From an uncultured Phycisphaeraceae bacterium (lineage in GTDB: Bacteria; Planctomycetota; Phycisphaerae; Phycisphaerales; UBA1924), in NCBI GenBank assembly GCA_964460345.1, contig CAYWRO010000011.1, positions 1,872 to 65,871 on the forward strand: 64,000 nucleotides of DNA, read 5' to 3'. The notes beneath the pieces were generated by a model. The model had not been told where the DNA came from. It made no database searches and saw nothing but the letters and a program-made list of their open reading frames with translations. Position numbers and translations under genes: made by a program. Shown here piece by piece: positions 1 to 7,719 of this stretch. The first letter of the stretch is position 1, and each line of letters starts with the position of its first letter.

Positions 1-1039
1 CCGGGACGAGGCGCTGGCGGCCCGCGGCGACGGTGATGTCGATGTCGGTCAGGCGGCCGTCCTGGCGGGCGACCATGCGGTTGGTGCGTCCGGCGAGGAT
101 GAGTTTCATGGCGTGGTGGCCGAAGCCGGTGGCGAGGATGCGGTCGGCGGCGATGGGTGGGCCGCCGCGTTGCACGTGGCCGAGGACGACGTAGCGCGAC
201 TCGACGCCCGTGCGCTGTTCGACGGCGTCGGCGATGAGGTGGGAGATGCCGCCGAGGCGAATGGGATCCGGGCTGGCGGGGTCGAGACGGCGGACGACCG
301 GCTTTCCGCCGACGGGGCGTGCGCCTTCGGCGGCGCAGATGATGGTGAAGCCGCGGCCGCTGGAGCGTCGGCGTGTGACGACGTCGGCCACGGCGTCCAT
401 CGAGAAGGGGATCTCGGGGAGGAGGATGACGTCGGAGCCGGAGGCGACGCCGGCGTGCAGGGCGAGCCAGCCGGCGTTGCGGCCCATGACCTCGACGACC
501 ATGGCGCGGTGGTGGCTGGCGGCGGTGGTGTGGACGCGGTCGAGCGCTTCGGTGGCGATGGCGGCGGCGGTGAGGAAGCCGAAGGTGATCTCGGTGCCCT
601 CGATGTCGTTGTCGATGGTCTTGGGGACACCGATGCACGGAACGCCGCATTCGACGAAGCGGGCTGCGCCGGTGAGGGTGCCGTCACCGCCGACGACGAC
701 GAGGGCGTCGATGCGGGCGTCGGAGAGTGTCTGGAGGCAGCGGTCGGTGAGGTCTTCAAAGACGAGCGCGCCGTCGGGGGCTTTTCCTGTCGGGTAGCGG
801 GCGGGGTTTGCCTTGTTGGAGGAGCCGAGGATCGTGCCCCCGATGGTGAGGATGCCGGAGACGTCCTGGAGGTTCAGTTCGCGCCAGCGTCCCTCGATGA
901 GGCCGAGGAAGCCGTCCGGGATGCCGACCACCTGGATGCCGTGGAAGATCGCCTCTTTGGTGACGGCGCGGATGACGGCGTTGAGGCCGGGGCAGTCGCC
1001 GCCGCCAGTGAGGAGGCCGATTCTGCGAGGGGGGGGCAT
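1..1039 (-). CDS. pfkA: ATP-dependent 6-phosphofructokinase, N-terminal ~346 codons (3' end lies beyond the window start)
   Basis: Absent from the ORF track because it is open at the window edge. My reverse translation from ATG at 1039 reads MPPPRRIGLLTGGGDCPGLNAVIRAVTKEAIFHGIQ, later VVVGGDGTLTGA and GVPKTIDNDI, the canonical PFK motifs. The 113..1513 + ORF is its antisense shadow. Confidence 0.9.
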   Translation of the reverse strand, partial: MPPPRRIGLLTGGGDCPGLNAVIRAVTKEAIFHGIQVVGIPDGFLGLIEGRWRELNLQDVSGILTIGGTILGSSNKANPARYPTGKAPDGALVFEDLTDRCLQTLSDARIDALVVVGGDGTLTGAARFVECGVPCIGVPKTIDNDIEGTEITFGFLTAAAIATEALDRVHTTAASHHRAMVVEVMGRNAGWLALHAGVASGSDVILLPEIPFSMDAVADVVTRRRSSGRGFTIICAAEGARPVGGKPVVRRLDPASPDPIRLGGISHLIADAVEQRTGVESRYVVLGHVQRGGPPIAADRILATGFGHHAMKLILAGRTNRMVARQDGRLTDIDITVAAGRQRLVP

Positions 1040-1153
1040 GGGGGATTGTTGGCGCGAGGCGGATTTGTGATCGGGCTCCGGGGTGCGAGGTGCGCGAGGG
1101 CCCCTTTCAGGGGAGCAGCTGGTACAACTTGCCCGCCAGACCCCCCTGTTGCG

Positions 1154-1405
1154 GGGCCAACTTGCGGTAAAAGCGGGCCGGAACACTTTATTTGTCCAGC
1201 CACACACTCTCTTTGTGGGCCCACGAAGAAACTTCTCGGGCCCGAGAAGAGACTTCTTTGGCCCATGAACGTCCTTCTCGGGCCCGCGAAGAGGCTTTTT
1301 GGGCCCGTCGACCTTCTTCTTGGGCCCATCAAGAGACTTTGCGGGCCCGGCAACGCTCTTCGTGGGCCCATCGACTCTCTTCTCGGGCCCGCGATGGACT
1401 GCCGT
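1154..1405. repeat. Tandem array A: about 12 units of 21 bp (9 well conserved) built around palindromic GGGCCC
   Basis: GGGCCC or a one-mismatch variant starts at 1154, 1175, 1217, 1238, 1259, 1280, 1301, 1322, 1343, 1364 and 1385. Every interval is 21 or 42 bp. Units read GGGCCC-nn-GAAGAnnCTTCTy. Confidence 0.9.
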
Positions 1406-1522
1406 GCCGCGGGGAGCTTCGCATCTGCCGCGTTGGCACCCGGCTGTCGCGCGGGTTGTCAGAGCGGCGCGCCGGGAAGGATCGGCTGCGGCCGCGGCGG
1501 CCGGGGGCCTTGATGCGGCGGC

Positions 1523-1539
1523 TTGGCACGCCGGTTGAT
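1523..1539 (+). promoter_or_regulatory. Candidate sigma54-type -24/-12 promoter upstream of the hsp20 cluster
   Basis: TTGGCACGccggTTGAt compared with consensus TGGCACG-N4-TTGCW; only the C of TTGC differs. It lies 68 nt upstream of the hsp20 ATG at 1607. Confidence 0.35.
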
Positions 1540-1606
1540 ATCCGCTCCGACGAAGGGTCAGAAGGCCGGGTGTGGCAGCCCGGATGTTTGAGAAGGAGGA
1601 CAACCG

Positions 1607-2059
1607 ATGTTGACACGAACGCTGTTGCAAAATGATCCGTTTGTGGCGCTGTCGCGTGAAATGGATCGCCTGTTTGAGACGTTTGCACCGACGGGGACTT
1701 CTGCGCCGGCGCTGGTGCGCGGGCAGTTTCCGATGCTGAACATCTGGCAGACGGATGAGGAGGTCCATGTCGAGGCGGAACTGCCGGGCTTCCGGCGCGA
1801 GGATGTAAGCGTGCTGGTCTTCGATGATGAACTGACGCTCAAGGGTGAGCGGCGCATCGAACATCCGGAAGAGGCGCGCATCGTCCGCGCCGAGCGGGCC
1901 GCGGGCAGCTTCGAGCGCTCCGTCAGGCTTCCGGTCGCGGTTGACGCCGACGGGACGACGGCGTCGTTCACCGACGGCGTGCTGCACATCACGCTGCCGA
2001 AGGCCGCGGCCGCGCTGCCGCGCCGGATCGAGATTACATCCGGCGAGCAGCGCGAGTAA
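1607..2059 (+). CDS. Hsp20/alpha-crystallin family small heat-shock protein
   Basis: 150 aa with an alpha-crystallin core (NIWQTDEEVHVEAELPGFRREDVSV ... GSFERSVRLP ... ASFTDGVLHITLPK). AAGGAGGA RBS sits 7 nt before the ATG. Confidence 0.9.
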   Translation: MLTRTLLQNDPFVALSREMDRLFETFAPTGTSAPALVRGQFPMLNIWQTDEEVHVEAELPGFRREDVSVLVFDDELTLKGERRIEHPEEARIVRAERAAGSFERSVRLPVAVDADGTTASFTDGVLHITLPKAAAALPRRIEITSGEQRE

Positions 2060-2107
2060 GCGTGGGGAGCAGGCGTGCGTGTTGGTTTGAAGAAGGAGGA
2101 CTGCACC

Positions 2108-2521
2108 ATGGCTGAGACGAACGCTATTACGAGAACGGAGCCGCAGAACGTGACCACCCGGCGCGCTGAGCCGGACTCGCGCAGCGCCGCCTGGTCGTAC
2201 CGCCCGCCGACGGACATCGTCGAGACCGGCGAGGGGTACACCCTCTGGGTCGATGTGCCGGGCGCCTCATCGGAGACGATCGACCTGAGCGTGGAAGACG
2301 GCGTGATGAGCATCCAGGCGCATGTGCCGCCGCGATATCCGGAGAATGTTCGTTTCGCGCACCAGGAGTACGGCGTCGGGAACTATCACCGCCGCTTCCG
2401 GCTGGGCGATGACATCGATCAAGAGGGAATCCGCGCCTCCTGCGAGCGCGGCGTGCTGACCGTTACGATGCCGAAGCGCGCCGCCGCGCGGGCTCGGCGC
2501 ATCGAGATCACGAGCAACTGA
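2108..2521 (+). CDS. Hsp20/alpha-crystallin family small heat-shock protein (second copy)
   Basis: Motifs TDIVETGEGYTLWVDVPGASSETIDLSV ... GNYHRRFRLG ... ASCERGVLTVTMPK. I prefer the ATG at 2108 (AAGGAGGA RBS just upstream) over the track start at 2075. Confidence 0.85.
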   Translation: MAETNAITRTEPQNVTTRRAEPDSRSAAWSYRPPTDIVETGEGYTLWVDVPGASSETIDLSVEDGVMSIQAHVPPRYPENVRFAHQEYGVGNYHRRFRLGDDIDQEGIRASCERGVLTVTMPKRAAARARRIEITSN

Positions 2522-2535
2522 CGGTGAACAGATGC

Positions 2536-2570
2536 GGGGGCGGCGGCGTAGCAGCGCGGTCGCCCCCTTT
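2536..2570 (+). terminator. Possible intrinsic terminator after hsp20 copy 2
   Basis: GGGGGCG (2536-2542) pairs with CGCCCCC (2561-2567) and is followed by TTT. The loop is long (18 nt). Confidence 0.35.
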
Positions 2571-2641
2571 CTCATGCCGCCATGCGGTGTGGCGGCTCGC
2601 GGCCCCGGGGCGGCGCACCACGAAACACAGGGGAAACTTCC

Positions 2642-4129
2642 ATGAACCGTCATTCGTTACGAGGCACGCTCGGTCGTTCCGCTGCGCTCACGGCGGCCCT
2701 CAGCGCAGTCGCGCTGTCGGCGCCGCTGGCGCTGGCCGACCGCCAGGATGTCACACCGGAACAGGCGATCGCGACGGCCGAAGCGCTGTCGGTCGCGTTT
2801 GAGCGGGCGGCGGCCCAGGTACGGGACTCGGTCGTGAGCATCACGACGCGTCGCGAGCCGGAGCAGCGGCAGCAGCCGATGCGCCAGCCCTTCCGCAACA
2901 GCCCCTTCCGCGACTTCTTCGGCGACGACTTCTTCGAGCGCTTCGAGATGCCGCCGCAGCAGCCCCAGATGGGGCAGGGCTCCGGCTGGATCTTCCGCGA
3001 AGACGGCTACATCGTCACCAACGCGCATGTGGTGGCGGGCGCCGACACCGTGACGGTGCAGTTCACGGACGACCGCCAGATGGAGGCCGAGGTCGTCGGC
3101 GTCGACCGCCAGACGGATGTGGCCGTGCTGAAGGTCGACCAGTCCGGCCTGGCGGCGGTGCAGATCGGCGACTCCGATGATCTGCGGATCGGGCAGTGGG
3201 TGATCGCGGTGGGCACGCCGTTCGGACTCGATTCGACGATCACGGCGGGCATCGTCAGCGCAACGGGGCGCTCGCGCGTCGGGCTGGCCGACTATGAGGA
3301 CTTCATCCAGACCGATGCGGCGATTAACCCCGGCAACTCCGGCGGGCCGCTGGTGAACCTGCGCGGCGAGGTCGTGGGGATGAACACCGCGATCTATACG
3401 CAGAACACCTTCGGCGGCCGCGGCGGCAACATCGGGATCGGCTTCGCCATTCCAATGCGGATGATCCAGGCGGTCGCCGCGGACCTGATCGAGGACGGCC
3501 AGGTGACGCGCGGCTTTTTGGGCGTGAACATCCAGGATTTGTCGGAGGGGCTTGCGCAGTCGTTCGGCTTCTCCGGGACGGAGGGCGTGCTGGTGGCGGA
3601 CGTCGTGGATGGCACCCCCGCGGCGGAAGCGGGCCTCCAGAGCGGGGACATCATCACGAGCATGAACGGGCGGAAGGTGTCGGACATGAACGACCTGCGG
3701 ATGCGGGTCGCCTCGACCGAGCCAGGCACGGAGGTGGAGTTCACCTTCTTCCGCGAGGGCGTTGAGAAGCAGGCGACGATCACGATCGGGAAGCTGGATG
3801 CGGAGCAGCCGGTCGCCTCGCGGCGCTCGGAGGGGCGGCTGGAGGCGAATCTGGGGCTGACGGTGCAGACCCTGGACGCGGCGACGGCGCGGCAACTCGA
3901 GGTGGATCCGAACCTCGGCGGGGCGGTGGTGATGAACGTGCAGCCCGGCAGCGACGCCCAGCAGGCGGGGCTGATGCGGGGCGACATCATCCTCCGGGTG
4001 GGCCAGGAGCGGGTGCGAACCGCGGAGGAACTGCGGTCCGCCCTCGCCGAGCATGACCTTAAGGAGGGCGTGCGGCTGACTGTGCGGACCGGGACGGCGA
4101 ACCGGTTCGTGTTCCTGCAGGCGAGGTAG
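2642..4129 (+). CDS. HtrA/DegP-family periplasmic serine endoprotease with two PDZ domains
   Basis: Catalytic triad contexts TNAHVV, DVAVLKV and GNSGGPLVN, followed by two PDZ-like segments. A signal-like N-terminus (MNRHSLRG..ALSAPLALA) supports the start at 2642 rather than 2582. Confidence 0.9.
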   Translation: MNRHSLRGTLGRSAALTAALSAVALSAPLALADRQDVTPEQAIATAEALSVAFERAAAQVRDSVVSITTRREPEQRQQPMRQPFRNSPFRDFFGDDFFERFEMPPQQPQMGQGSGWIFREDGYIVTNAHVVAGADTVTVQFTDDRQMEAEVVGVDRQTDVAVLKVDQSGLAAVQIGDSDDLRIGQWVIAVGTPFGLDSTITAGIVSATGRSRVGLADYEDFIQTDAAINPGNSGGPLVNLRGEVVGMNTAIYTQNTFGGRGGNIGIGFAIPMRMIQAVAADLIEDGQVTRGFLGVNIQDLSEGLAQSFGFSGTEGVLVADVVDGTPAAEAGLQSGDIITSMNGRKVSDMNDLRMRVASTEPGTEVEFTFFREGVEKQATITIGKLDAEQPVASRRSEGRLEANLGLTVQTLDAATARQLEVDPNLGGAVVMNVQPGSDAQQAGLMRGDIILRVGQERVRTAEELRSALAEHDLKEGVRLTVRTGTANRFVFLQAR

Positions 4130-4552
4130 CACTCTGGCGCAGCGAGCGCGCTGCGCCCATGCTTAGACAGTGGTTTGACGCGACCGGTGCACCTGTGTGC
4201 GCCGGTCGCTGTTATTTTGGTGTGCGGGCACGCGCGTCGCTGAGGGGCCAAAAACGCGTTGGCGCAGCGGAAAACAGGGTGGAAGTGCTACTTTCGCAAA
4301 TTGGGCATTTGGGCGGGAGGGTGGAAACGGAACCCATCATGTACACCATCGTAAATTTGGGGTAAGTTTCCCAAGCCAAGGGAAAAGCCGCGTCGGGAGG
4401 ACGCATCCCAACCGGAGCGGCACGGGGCAAGCGGCGAGAGGACAAGGGCGCGACCAACGGGGCGTTCAGACGAGCCCGGCGGAGCCGGGACGGGTGTTCG
4501 CTGTTTCCTGCGGCCGCACGAGCATTGACACTCAAGGAAGGGGGCCTTTGAA

Positions 4553-4810
4553 ATGCCCGCACGCAGAACGATGGAAATGCACCGTTTCACACTCGCCTGT
4601 GTTGCCGCCCGAGTCAGCCATGGGCAGCAGGGGGTGGGCTCAACGACGAGCCGCCGCGGCACCGATCCGCGGATCACGTATGAAATCATCGCCCCCCGCG
4701 GCGACTATGCCGGGGCCCGGGCACGCGCCTTCGCCCAGTTCAAGGCGGAGTTCGGCGCTGATTCCTCCCCGCGCCTGATGGGGTGGTCGATCGGCCCCTG
4801 CCTGAACTGA
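4553..4810 (+). CDS. Hypothetical small protein (85 aa), weak call
   Basis: ORF preceded by AAGGAAGGGGG about 10 nt upstream, with mostly G/C third positions. A strong hairpin plus T-tract follows at 4911-4953. No recognisable motif. Confidence 0.3.
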   Translation: MPARRTMEMHRFTLACVAARVSHGQQGVGSTTSRRGTDPRITYEIIAPRGDYAGARARAFAQFKAEFGADSSPRLMGWSIGPCLN

Positions 4811-4910
4811 CTCTCCAGGATTTCCCGGGCCTCCTGCCCGCGGCTGCGGCCTGCGAGAGACCGAGCCGCGGGCAGGCGGACCCTGCTCGCACGACAACCA
4901 AGCTCCTGGC

Positions 4911-4953
4911 GCGGCCGGCCTCCCTCTCTCTCCTGTGGGCCGGCCGCTTCTTT
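4911..4953 (+). terminator. Intrinsic-terminator-like hairpin
   Basis: GCGGCCGGCC (4911-4920), 17-nt CT-rich loop, GGCCGGCCGC (4938-4947), then TTCTTT. Confidence 0.5.
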
Positions 4954-5009
4954 GCGCGCGGGCTGTGGCGGAAGAGCAACCGGCGTGGTCCGGAGCGGGT
5001 ACGACCCGC

Positions 5010-5816
5010 ATGATTCCACCTTCTGCAACTGCTGCTGCTTCCGCCGCGGGTTCGGCTTGGGCGCAGCCCGTGACCCGGGCACGATTGATCGACACGCTGA
5101 CGCACGCCCTGCGCGAGGATGAAGCCGTTCTCGCGGCATGGCTGGGGGGCTCTGACGCCAACGCCCGAGCGGACGACTTGTCCGATGTCGACCTCTGCCT
5201 GATCGCGGCGGACGGTCGAGTCGAGGAGGCGTTCGCGGCGACGGAGCGGGCGCTGGAGTCGCTGTCACCGATCTCGCGTCGCTACCGACTGCCCTCGCCG
5301 ACGTGGCACGGGGCGGAGCAGTGCTTCTACCAGCTCCGCGATGCGCCGGAGTGGGTGATGGTCGACCTGTGTGTCTTCGGGCGCTCGCAGGAGCACCAGT
5401 TCTTTGATGGATCCCGGCACGGCGCGCCGGTGGTGCTCTTCGACCCGGAAGGGTTGGTGCGGCCTGTTGCGGGAGACGAGGCCGCGCGGGATGCCGCGAT
5501 TCGCAAGCGGGTTGAGGATCTGCGGGCCCGCTTCGAGCTGCTGGCGCACCTGCCGGTGAAGGAAGTACAGCGCGGCCGGAGCGTCGATGCGCTGGCGTTC
5601 TATCACTCGCTGGTGCTGCGGCCGCTGGTGGACCTGCTGCGCATCCGCTACTGCCCGGACCGGTACGACTTTTCGATGCGATACCTGGATGCGGATCTGC
5701 CCGCTGAGATTGCCGGGCGCGTGAAGCGCCTTGCGTTTGTGGGGGAGGCGGCGGAGATCCCGCCGCGTGTGGCGGAGGCGAGGCAGTGGTTCGCCGAGGT
5801 GATGGCAAGCCTCTGA
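5010..5816 (+). CDS. Nucleotidyltransferase-domain protein (Pol-beta-fold NTase, aminoglycoside-adenylyltransferase-like)
   Basis: NTase signature LGGSDANARADDLSDVDLCLI. The track start at 4935 overlaps the terminator hairpin, so I prefer the ATG at 5010. Confidence 0.7.
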   Translation: MIPPSATAAASAAGSAWAQPVTRARLIDTLTHALREDEAVLAAWLGGSDANARADDLSDVDLCLIAADGRVEEAFAATERALESLSPISRRYRLPSPTWHGAEQCFYQLRDAPEWVMVDLCVFGRSQEHQFFDGSRHGAPVVLFDPEGLVRPVAGDEAARDAAIRKRVEDLRARFELLAHLPVKEVQRGRSVDALAFYHSLVLRPLVDLLRIRYCPDRYDFSMRYLDADLPAEIAGRVKRLAFVGEAAEIPPRVAEARQWFAEVMASL

Positions 5817-5846
5817 TGCGCGGGGAGGCGGAGCTACCCTTCCGCA

Positions 5847-6734
5847 ATGCCCTCCGCGTATGACCTCATCGCCATCGATCTTGATGGCACGCTGCTGGAC
5901 CCGGCCGGCCAGGTTCGCGACGCCGAAGTCGCGGCGATCGAGCGCGCGCGCGAGGCCGGGGTGGTGGTGACGGTCTGCACCGGGCGCGGCCTCGTGGAGT
6001 GCCGCGGCATCCTGGATGCGATCCGTCAGGCAGAGCCGGTGGTGGTGGCCAGTGGGGCGATTCTCGCCTCGCCCGTGAGCGGGGCGACGATTCACCGGTT
6101 TCCAATGGACCTTGGGCTGGTGCGGCGGCTGGCCGCTTCGATGCTGGCGCACGACCATGCCGTGCTCGTCCTGAAGGATGCGGCCGAGGTCGGGTACGAC
6201 TACCTCGTTGTGTCGCCGAAGGGGATGCGGGCGGTCAGCCCGGTGTCGCTGTGGTGGTTTGAGCAGCTTAAGGTGCGAGTGCGCTTCGCGGCGTCGCTGG
6301 AGGAGGATGAGCATCCGGAGCACACCGTGCGCGTGGCGGTCTGCGGGATGCGGCGCGAGACGGAGCAGGTGGCGCGGGAGGTGCGCGGGGAGTTTGATCG
6401 CGAGATCACGGTGCATCATTTCGCCGCGGTCGTGCCGGATGGGGATCCGGACAACCCCGATGACCAGGTCGTGATCCTGGAGACGTTTGATCCGCGTGTG
6501 AACAAGTGGACGGCGATTGAATGGTTTGCGCGGCAGCGCGGGCTGGATGCAGGGCGCGTTGCCACGATCGGCAACGATGTGAACGACCTGGTGATGCTCG
6601 AGAAGAGCGCGCTGGGAGTTGCGATGGGGAATGCGATTCCCGATGCGAAGGCCGTCGCGGACCGCGTCACGGTCGACAACGATGCGGGCGGCGTGGCGCA
6701 CGCGATCGACCGGATTCTCGCGGGAGAGTGGTGA
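5847..6734 (+). CDS. Cof-type HAD-IIB family hydrolase (sugar phosphatase-like)
   Basis: HAD motif I IAIDLDGTLL, motif II TVCTGRG, motif IV GNDVNDLVMLEKSALGVAMGNA. Confidence 0.85.
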   Translation: MPSAYDLIAIDLDGTLLDPAGQVRDAEVAAIERAREAGVVVTVCTGRGLVECRGILDAIRQAEPVVVASGAILASPVSGATIHRFPMDLGLVRRLAASMLAHDHAVLVLKDAAEVGYDYLVVSPKGMRAVSPVSLWWFEQLKVRVRFAASLEEDEHPEHTVRVAVCGMRRETEQVAREVRGEFDREITVHHFAAVVPDGDPDNPDDQVVILETFDPRVNKWTAIEWFARQRGLDAGRVATIGNDVNDLVMLEKSALGVAMGNAIPDAKAVADRVTVDNDAGGVAHAIDRILAGEW

Positions 6735-6744
6735 GTAACGGTGT

Positions 6745-7590
6745 ATGCAGACGGTTTCGCAGATCAGGGCGATGCTGGATGAGCGCGGGCTGCGGCCGAA
6801 GCGATCGCTCGGGCAGAACTTTCTGATTGACCAGAACCTGATCCGCAAGCTGGTCGACGCCGCGGGCGTTGGAGTGGGCGACACAGTTCTGGAGGTTGGC
6901 CCCGGCACGGGGACGCTGACGGAGGAACTGCTTGCCCGCGGCTGTCGCGTGATCGCGAGCGAGCTGGATGATGCGCTGGCGGACCTGCTGCAGGAGCGGG
7001 CGGAGCGCATGGTCGCAACCAGCGGGGCGGCGGGGGCGAGCCTTTCGGTCGTGCGCGGCGACTGTTTAAAGAGCAAGCGGGAGATCAATCCGGCAGTGCT
7101 GGAGGCGCTGGGGGATGGGCCGTTTTCGCTGGTCGCGAACCTGCCGTACGGCGCGGCGACGCCGCTGCTGCTCACGCTGTTGACCGAGCACTCACGCTGC
7201 GGGGTGATGGCGGTGACGATTCAGCGCGAGGTCGCCGACCGACTGCTCGCGAGCCCGGGCACGAAGGAGTACGGGCTGCTGACGGTGCTGGCGCAGGCGA
7301 TGGCGCATGTCGAGCGGCTGGCGACGCTGCCGCCGTCGTGCTTCTGGCCCGCGCCGGAGGTGAGCAGCGCGATGGTGGTGCTGCGCCGGCGCGCGGCGGG
7401 CGAGGCGTTGACCGATGACCCGGCCTCGTTGCGTGAGACGTGCGAGCGCCTGTTCGCCTCGCGGCGCAAGCAGATCGGCGGCGTGCTGGGGCGTGAAGCG
7501 GTGCTGCCGGACGGGGTGACGCCGTCGATGCGGGCGGAGGAGTTGACGCCGGAGCAGTTGGTGGAGATTAGTGGGCGGCAGGGGAAGTGA
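6745..7590 (+). CDS. rsmA: 16S rRNA (adenine1518/1519-N6)-dimethyltransferase
   Basis: LGQNFLID, SAM-binding EVGPGTGTLT and VANLPYG motifs; 281 aa. Confidence 0.92.
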   Translation: MQTVSQIRAMLDERGLRPKRSLGQNFLIDQNLIRKLVDAAGVGVGDTVLEVGPGTGTLTEELLARGCRVIASELDDALADLLQERAERMVATSGAAGASLSVVRGDCLKSKREINPAVLEALGDGPFSLVANLPYGAATPLLLTLLTEHSRCGVMAVTIQREVADRLLASPGTKEYGLLTVLAQAMAHVERLATLPPSCFWPAPEVSSAMVVLRRRAAGEALTDDPASLRETCERLFASRRKQIGGVLGREAVLPDGVTPSMRAEELTPEQLVEISGRQGK

Positions 7591-7631
7591 GGCTGTGCGG
7601 GTTAGGACGTCTGCACGGCTGCGCCGCGGAG

Positions 7632-7695
7632 TACCGCGGCGAGCCGTGGCACCCATCGCGATGTACCGCGTCGAGCCGTGGCACTTATCGCGGTG
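7632..7695. repeat. Two tandem copies of a 32-bp unit in the convergent rsmA/mcsB spacer
   Basis: TACCGCGgCGAGCCGTGGCACccATCGCGatg (7632-7663) and TACCGCGtCGAGCCGTGGCACttATCGCGgtg (7664-7695). A CCGCGG-agta-CCGCGG hairpin precedes them at 7624-7639. Confidence 0.7.
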
Positions 7696-7719
7696 ACGCG
7701 TCGGATCGGGGCGCCCGGT

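Noticed and set aside
113-1513. Long ORFs such as 113..1513 +, 5265..7175 -, 27058..29754 -, 29610..31712 -, 37618..39321 -, 55271..56875 + and 59678..61189 -
   Set aside because: They lie antisense to, or out of frame with, genes carrying unambiguous motifs (pfkA, HAD/rsmA, gspD, gspE, GH94, purL, RND). Their Arg/Pro/Ala/Gly-rich translations are the usual stop-poor shadow frames of high-GC DNA.
4127-4153. CIRCE-like heat-shock operator (TAGCACTC-N9-GAGCGCGCT) at the htrA stop
   Set aside because: Only the left half matches TTAGCACTC and the right half is 5/9. It lies at the 3' end of the operon rather than a promoter. It is better explained as the GGCGCAGCG/CGCTGCGCC hairpin.
4158-4552. 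RNase P RNA, tmRNA or SRP RNA in the gene-free stretch
   Set aside because: The diagnostic sequences are absent: GGAAAGTCCGGGC and ACAGAACCCGGCTTA for RNase P, a GGGG..TTCGAC 5' end and T-arm-CCA 3' end for tmRNA, and GGAAGCAGCC for SRP. The region is kept only as an unassigned finding.
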